Shown piece after piece: positions 58,986 through 64,000 of a stretch of 64,000 bases of DNA (position 1 is its first letter; every line of letters starts with the position of its first letter). This DNA comes from Candidatus Hydrogenedentota bacterium (GTDB lineage: Bacteria; Hydrogenedentota; Hydrogenedentia; Hydrogenedentales; SLHB01): assembly GCA_045863335.1 (NCBI GenBank), contig BTVY01000015.1:69518-133517 (forward strand). The letters run 5' to 3'. The notes under the pieces are model-generated. The model did no database searches. It saw nothing but the letters and a program-made list of their open reading frames with translations, and was not told the origin of the DNA. Position numbers and translations under genes: made by a program.

Positions 58986-60104
58986 ATGAAGGTGCTTGTG
59001 GGAGACCTCCTCCAGTCCAGTGCGCAGACCTTGGTCAACACGGTGAACTGTGTTGGCGTGATGGGGAAGGGCATTGCGCTGGAGTTCAAGAAGCGGTTTC
59101 CCGACATGTTTGAAGAGTACGTACGGCGCTGCAAGGCGGGCGAGGTGCGGCCGGGGATACCGTATCTCTACCGGGCGGTATTCCCCCCTCAGATCGTGAA
59201 TTTCCCCACGAAGGATCATTGGAAGTCGGTATCGAAGATTGAGGACATCGAGAAAGGGTTGCAGTATCTCGTCGACCACTACCGCGACTGGGAGATCGCG
59301 TCTCTCGCGGTTCCGCCGCTCGGCTGCGGGAACGGCCAACTCGAATGGCGCGAGGTAGGGCCGATGATATACCGCTATCTCAGCCCTCTTGACGTTCCGG
59401 TTGAGCTGTATGCCCCCTACGGAACGCCTCCGAAGGAATTGACTGCGGAGTTTCTTTCGACGGCCCATGCGCCGGCGCGTACGCGGGCTGCAGCGAATGG
59501 TCGTGGGGGCCTGAATCCAGCCTGGGTTGCCTTGGTCGAGATCGTCGCCAGGCTGGACGCCCAGCCCTATAGCTGGCCGGTAGGTAGGACGATCTTTCAG
59601 AAAGTGGCGTTTGTGGCCACGCGCGAAGGGTTGCCCACCGGATTGGAGTATGCGAAGGGCAGTTTTGGGCCGTTCAGCAGCCGTCTGAAGAGCGTTGAAA
59701 CGCGACTCGTGAATGACAACCTGCTTCAGGAGGAACGGCGCGGCAAGATGTTCAAAGTGAGCGCCGGACCTAACTACGAGCGCGTCCGCAAAGATTACGA
59801 GGAGGCCTTGTCGCGCTGGTCCGATATCATCGAGAAGACGACTGACCTCTTCGCACGGGTGGACACGAATCAGGCTGAGATTACAGCGACGGTTCTTTTT
59901 GCCGCCGACCTGATGAAGCGCGAGCGAACGGAAACGCCTTTGGAGGGCGAATTGCTGGAGGCCGTTCTGCAATGGAAGCAGAAACGCACTCCGCCGCTCT
60001 CCGAAGAGAAGGTCGCCTCGGCAATACGGAATCTTGCGATGCTGCGCTGGTTGGATGTGAAATACGATCCGAAACTGCCCGTACCAGAGGAAGAATTGGT
60101 CTGA
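58986..60104 (+). CDS. darG: DarG macrodomain antitoxin
   Basis: GDLL..LVNTVNCVGVMGKGIALEFK, NFPTKDHW, AVPPLGCGNG; C-terminal FQK..FGPFS domain. Confidence 0.95.
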   Translation: MKVLVGDLLQSSAQTLVNTVNCVGVMGKGIALEFKKRFPDMFEEYVRRCKAGEVRPGIPYLYRAVFPPQIVNFPTKDHWKSVSKIEDIEKGLQYLVDHYRDWEIASLAVPPLGCGNGQLEWREVGPMIYRYLSPLDVPVELYAPYGTPPKELTAEFLSTAHAPARTRAAANGRGGLNPAWVALVEIVARLDAQPYSWPVGRTIFQKVAFVATREGLPTGLEYAKGSFGPFSSRLKSVETRLVNDNLLQEERRGKMFKVSAGPNYERVRKDYEEALSRWSDIIEKTTDLFARVDTNQAEITATVLFAADLMKRERTETPLEGELLEAVLQWKQKRTPPLSEEKVASAIRNLAMLRWLDVKYDPKLPVPEEELV

Positions 60105-60114
60105 CGCTGATTCG

Positions 60115-60681
60115 ATGGATCCGAGGTCAAGAGATTCTCTTACCGTAATCTCTCCCGAGAATGCGGCCTATCCCGCGCCGGTGCGACGCCGTTTGGGTGA
60201 CGCGGCGCCAAACCTTACGGCGCGAGGAAATCTCGACCTACTGGCTCTGCCCAAGACGGCCATATTCTGCTCTGCGCGATGTCCAGGAAACGCAATCCTC
60301 GCCGCATACGACGAAGCCACGAAGCTGCGTGACTCCGGGCGTTGCGTCATTGGCGGCTTTCATTCCCCCATCGAAAAGGATTGCCTGCGCATCCTTCTGC
60401 GCGGCAAGCAACCGATCATCATCTGCCCGGCCCGCGCGATCGAGACGATGCGTGTACCGGCCGATTGCCGCGCGGCCTTCGACGCGGGGCGTATCCTCTT
60501 TCTCTCGCCATTCGTGGACGCACCAAAGCGCGTCACTCGAGAGGCCGCCTTGCGCCGTAACATACTTGTGGCCGCACTCGCGGACGACGCGTACATTGCG
60601 CACGTTGCGCCTGGGGGCCAAACCGATGAGACGCTCACAGTCCTAAGCAATTGGCTCGTCCCGACCAGAACGAACGAGTAG
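60115..60681 (+). CDS. Short SLOG/DprA-like protein
   Basis: AIFCSARCPG, VIGGFHSPIEKDCL, IICPAR, ALRRNILVAALAD..PGG. Confidence 0.82.
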   Translation: MDPRSRDSLTVISPENAAYPAPVRRRLGDAAPNLTARGNLDLLALPKTAIFCSARCPGNAILAAYDEATKLRDSGRCVIGGFHSPIEKDCLRILLRGKQPIIICPARAIETMRVPADCRAAFDAGRILFLSPFVDAPKRVTREAALRRNILVAALADDAYIAHVAPGGQTDETLTVLSNWLVPTRTNE

Positions 60682-61073
60682 AACGACAGAGTGCGCGCGT
60701 CCCCGGAACGGCGAATTGATGACCGGATTCACGATGACGACCTGCCCCGAAGATGCTCCCCCTTGAGAGATGCCAACAGATGGGTTGACGTAAGGACCTG
60801 ATCTGTATTACAACAGCCTCACCTCCTGAGGATTGGGGAATCGAAGGGAGGGTCATGCGATGAAACTTCAGCCTGTGCCGCCGCTTGATCTGTTTTTGTC
60901 CGTTAATGCTCTCCCGTGGCTTGGCCTGCACAGGCCCGTTCCAGTCGCAAGACGTTCCGGAATCGCGGCTTGCGAAGGGGCTTTCCTATATCGAGCGAGA
61001 TGGAGTGTATCAAGACTACGCTCGAGCATTCCTCAGTTTTTCATCTATTTACCAGAGAAAACGAGGGCGTAGG

Positions 61074-63710
61074 GTGAAGAAGCAGAAGCTCAACCTGCGA
61101 CGGCAGGACGGCGAATTGAAGAATCCGGGGGCGGCTGGGCATCGCTTCGCCCGCTTGGACTACCTGACCGCTCTAGGCGCTGCCCTGGTTGCCTTGGCCG
61201 TGTATGTGCCGACTCTGGGGCCGACGGTTACGGGGGAAGACAGCGGGGAGTTGGTCACGGCGGCGTATACGTTGGGGATTGCGCATCCGCCGGGGTATCC
61301 GATCTGGTGTCTGTTGGGGCATTTGTTCACGCATATCCCTTTTGGGACCGTGGCGTGGCACGTGAACTTCATGTCCGCGTTCTTTGCAGCGGTGACGGTC
61401 GGGCTGGTGTGTTTGATCATCCTCCGGCTGACGCGGAACCGGGTCGCCGCCGTAGCCGGTGCGTTGGCCTTCGCGTTCTCCCGGGAGTTCTGGGAACAGA
61501 GCGTCATCGCTGAGGTGTACACGCTGAATGCGTTCTTCATCGCCCTGTGCGTGCTGCTGCTGTTTCTGTGGTACGAGTCCCGCAAGCCGCGCCTGCTGCT
61601 CCTTTTCGCCTTCGTTTACGGCCTCAGCCTCACCAACCACAGCACGATGCAACTCCTCGGCGTCGTCTTCGCCGGGTTTGTCTTGTTCAACGACCGCCAC
61701 CCCTGGCGGCAGTGGCCGGTCTACCTCGGCATGGCCGGGCTCTGCCTGCTCGGTCTGTCCGTCTACCTCTACCTGCCCATCCGGTCGGCCGCCGACCCGC
61801 CCATGGACTGGGGCAACCCGGAGTCCTGGGAAAATTTCAAGGACGTGGTCACTCGCGCCCAGTACAAGTTCATGTTCACCGAGCACCCCCGCAGCCTGAG
61901 CCTGTTCCTCCAGCAATGCGGCGTGTTCCTCCGGCTCTACGTCTGGGAGTTCACGCCCTGGCTCGCCTGGGTGCCCCTCGTGGGCATCTACGCCCTCTGG
62001 CGGCGCGACCGGCTTCGCACCGCCTTCCTGGTCGTCCTCACGGCCATCGTCCTCTTCGCGGTTTTGGTGGTCAACAATTTCGCCATAGACCCCCTCGCCA
62101 TATGGGTAAACAACGTCTTCTGGATTCCCGTCTACATGATGGCAGGGATCTACATCGGCGCCGCCATCGATTTATTGAGTGCGACCTGCAACCGCATACA
62201 AACTGCACCCCTAAAGAACATCCCCCACGGCCCTGCGGGCCTGCCCCCTTCAAAGGGGGAATTCGCGCTGGCTACGCCGCGCGGTGAGCCGCACACGAGT
62301 ACCGCACGTGTGCAAGAATCCATGGACAGCACAACCATTCCGGGTTCCTCTGAATCCCCCTTCGAAGGGGGATCAAGGGGGATGTTCTTCAAAGGACGCG
62401 CGAAGAAACCGGGATTCTTGGCGTATGCCCGGAGCGACAGTTCAGGCAGTCCTTGGCGAATGCTCATCGCCTTGATAGCCGCCCTCATCGTCGTGGCTTC
62501 GCCCTTCGCCATGAACCGGTCCTTCGTGGACAAGAGCGACTACTACTTCGCCTACGACTACGGCAAGAACGTCCTCGACATGATGGACGAGAACGCCATC
62601 TACTTTCCCACGGCGGACCATGCCACGTTCCCGGTGATCTACCTTCAAGCGGTGGAGGGACTCCGGCCCGATGTCACCATCGCCAACAAGTACGGCTACC
62701 CGGAGGAACACCTGTACGCGAACATGCCGGAGGACCATCGCAAGCGCTTCCGCAAGATCCCTACGGAGGCCGAAGAGCAGGTCATTGAGGACTGGATCAT
62801 CACGCAGAATCCGGACCGGCCTGTGTACTTCACGAAGAAGCGGCCGATGCCGGGCGTACCGGGTGCGCAGATGGTCAATACCGGACTCCTCTACCGAGTC
62901 GTGCGCGACGGAGAAACGCCGCCGGAGCGCGACTGCTGGGCAGAGTACACGTGGCACACGCTGGACGAATCCGACACGCGTGGCGAACTCACCGCCCAAA
63001 TGATCCTTGCGGACTACCACTTCTCGCGGGGCAGGACGTTGATGGATGAGGGAGACACAGAACAGGCCATGGCGGCGTTCGACACCGCCCTCCGCATCGG
63101 CGAGGGCGGCAAGGAGACGCTGAACAACCTCGGCAGTGTCTGCGCGGAGTACGGGCAACTGGAGGCGGCGGAGCGGTACTACACGCAGGCGTTAGAGGCG
63201 GACCCGGAGTATGGCACGTCGCTGCGGAACCTGGGAAAGGTTTACGTTCAGACCGGCCAGCACCGCGAGGCGTTGCCCCTGTTCGAACGGCTGCTAAAGC
63301 AGGACCCCTTGGAACCCGAGGCAAACTGGCTGGCCTTCACCTCCCTGAAGGAGCAGGGTCGTATCGACGAGGCGATAGCGCAATTGGAGCGGATGGACTC
63401 GTTCCCGCCCGGTTGGGGCCGCGTCGCGGATCGCGCACGCATCTACCGCGAATTGGGGATGATCTACCTCAACGAAGAGCGACAGCCCGCCATGGCGCAC
63501 CGGTACTTCGCGCGAAGTCTATCCATCGATGCCAATCAGCCGGAACTGCAACGGCTCATCGCGGACCTGCAAGCAGGCGGGTCACCGATGGACGACCCGA
63601 ACGCTCCACTCATGCCCAGCGACCTCATGCCCGGCCTTCCAGGAGTACCCCCGTCGATCCCAACGCCCCAGATACCCAAACCGGGTATCGACACACCCAC
63701 TGTCCCCTGA
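61074..63710 (+). CDS. DUF2723/TMEM260-like GT-C glycosyltransferase with C-terminal TPRs
   Basis: EDSGEL..LGIAHPPGYP, WEQSVIAEVYTLN, YLPIRS..PMDWGNP, DHATFP..YLQAVEG.RPDV; TPR repeats; Pro-rich tail. Start uncertain. Confidence 0.9.
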   Translation: MKKQKLNLRRQDGELKNPGAAGHRFARLDYLTALGAALVALAVYVPTLGPTVTGEDSGELVTAAYTLGIAHPPGYPIWCLLGHLFTHIPFGTVAWHVNFMSAFFAAVTVGLVCLIILRLTRNRVAAVAGALAFAFSREFWEQSVIAEVYTLNAFFIALCVLLLFLWYESRKPRLLLLFAFVYGLSLTNHSTMQLLGVVFAGFVLFNDRHPWRQWPVYLGMAGLCLLGLSVYLYLPIRSAADPPMDWGNPESWENFKDVVTRAQYKFMFTEHPRSLSLFLQQCGVFLRLYVWEFTPWLAWVPLVGIYALWRRDRLRTAFLVVLTAIVLFAVLVVNNFAIDPLAIWVNNVFWIPVYMMAGIYIGAAIDLLSATCNRIQTAPLKNIPHGPAGLPPSKGEFALATPRGEPHTSTARVQESMDSTTIPGSSESPFEGGSRGMFFKGRAKKPGFLAYARSDSSGSPWRMLIALIAALIVVASPFAMNRSFVDKSDYYFAYDYGKNVLDMMDENAIYFPTADHATFPVIYLQAVEGLRPDVTIANKYGYPEEHLYANMPEDHRKRFRKIPTEAEEQVIEDWIITQNPDRPVYFTKKRPMPGVPGAQMVNTGLLYRVVRDGETPPERDCWAEYTWHTLDESDTRGELTAQMILADYHFSRGRTLMDEGDTEQAMAAFDTALRIGEGGKETLNNLGSVCAEYGQLEAAERYYTQALEADPEYGTSLRNLGKVYVQTGQHREALPLFERLLKQDPLEPEANWLAFTSLKEQGRIDEAIAQLERMDSFPPGWGRVADRARIYRELGMIYLNEERQPAMAHRYFARSLSIDANQPELQRLIADLQAGGSPMDDPNAPLMPSDLMPGLPGVPPSIPTPQIPKPGIDTPTVP
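62200..62390. repeat. REP doublet (CCCCCTTCRAAGGGGG family) inserted in-frame within the CDS
   Basis: AGAACATCCCCC..GCCCCCTTCAAAGGGGGAATTC ... GAATCCCCCTTCGAAGGGGGATCAAGGGGGATGTTCT, preceded by AACTGCACCCC. Confidence 0.88.
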
Positions 63711-64000
63711 CCGAAGCACGCTCGCTTCGGCCTTTGGCGCAATCTTCGTCTGCGCACACGTCACGCCAAAGGAGTGAAGCCCATTCGTACTGCCTCGCTC
63801 GACGAGCGCGGCACCCCCAACACCATCGATAGCCTCGAACCATCAGGGATTCTTCAAACTCGCCCTTTACAAACCTCGCGCGGTCATCGACCGAACGAGT
63901 ACTACTCGCGTCATAGGCGTAGGTCAATGTCGAGTTGTCGTAATCTGAAATGAGATCGTAATTACCTGACAGTTGGCTGGCTTATGAGAAGGTGGCCATG

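Larger units (their letters stand above)
44812..60681. mobile_element. tRNA-Pro-associated genomic (defence) island; right boundary uncertain
   Basis: att fragment, recombinase/RadC/ArdC and a cluster of defence genes; abrupt change of gene content relative to the flanks. Confidence 0.8.

Noticed and set aside
60115-60681. Housekeeping competence dprA
   Set aside because: Too short, lacks the usual accessory domains, and lies in a defence island with a truncated paralog.
63625-64000. Minus-strand ORF with YAYD (RHS-like?)
   Set aside because: Short, has an in-frame stop just upstream, overlaps the DUF2723 gene end and has no RHS core motif.

Overview
GC-rich bacterial chromosomal segment. 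The DUF1559/H-X9-DG prepilin-like gene style and the many TAT-exported oxidoreductases and SSS transporters suggest Candidatus Hydrogenedentota or a PVC-like lineage (inference). Positions ~1-44.6 kb are metabolic and envelope genes: four sodium:solute symporters, three TAT-signal Gfo/Idh/MocA oxidoreductases, two TIM-barrel sugar isomerase-like proteins, a sialidase-like BNR protein, a TAT-signal DegT aminotransferase, S46 and M14 peptidases, a penta-heme cytochrome c module and mtgA. Several palindromic REP/MITE-like repeat families are interspersed. From 44.8 to ~60.7 kb lies a genomic island. Its left edge is a 49-bp 3' fragment of tRNA-Pro(GGG) (att site). It carries a Cre-like tyrosine recombinase/RadC/ArdC-N operon with a lox/dif-like palindrome. 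Divergently transcribed from that operon is a defence array: PLD-SNF2 helicase, N6-adenine methyltransferase, HipA-like kinase + DUF3037, a broken SLOG/DprA-like::nuclease fusion relic, DarT-DarG and an intact SLOG/DprA-like gene. The window ends with a DUF2723/TMEM260-like glycosyltransferase-TPR gene that carries an in-frame REP-doublet insertion. The most notable observations are the defence array with a SLOG gene repeated after each toxin-antitoxin module, a three-tier nested MITE/REP with an exact target duplication, and the same REP translated inside a protein. All calls come from reading motifs by eye; no searches were run.
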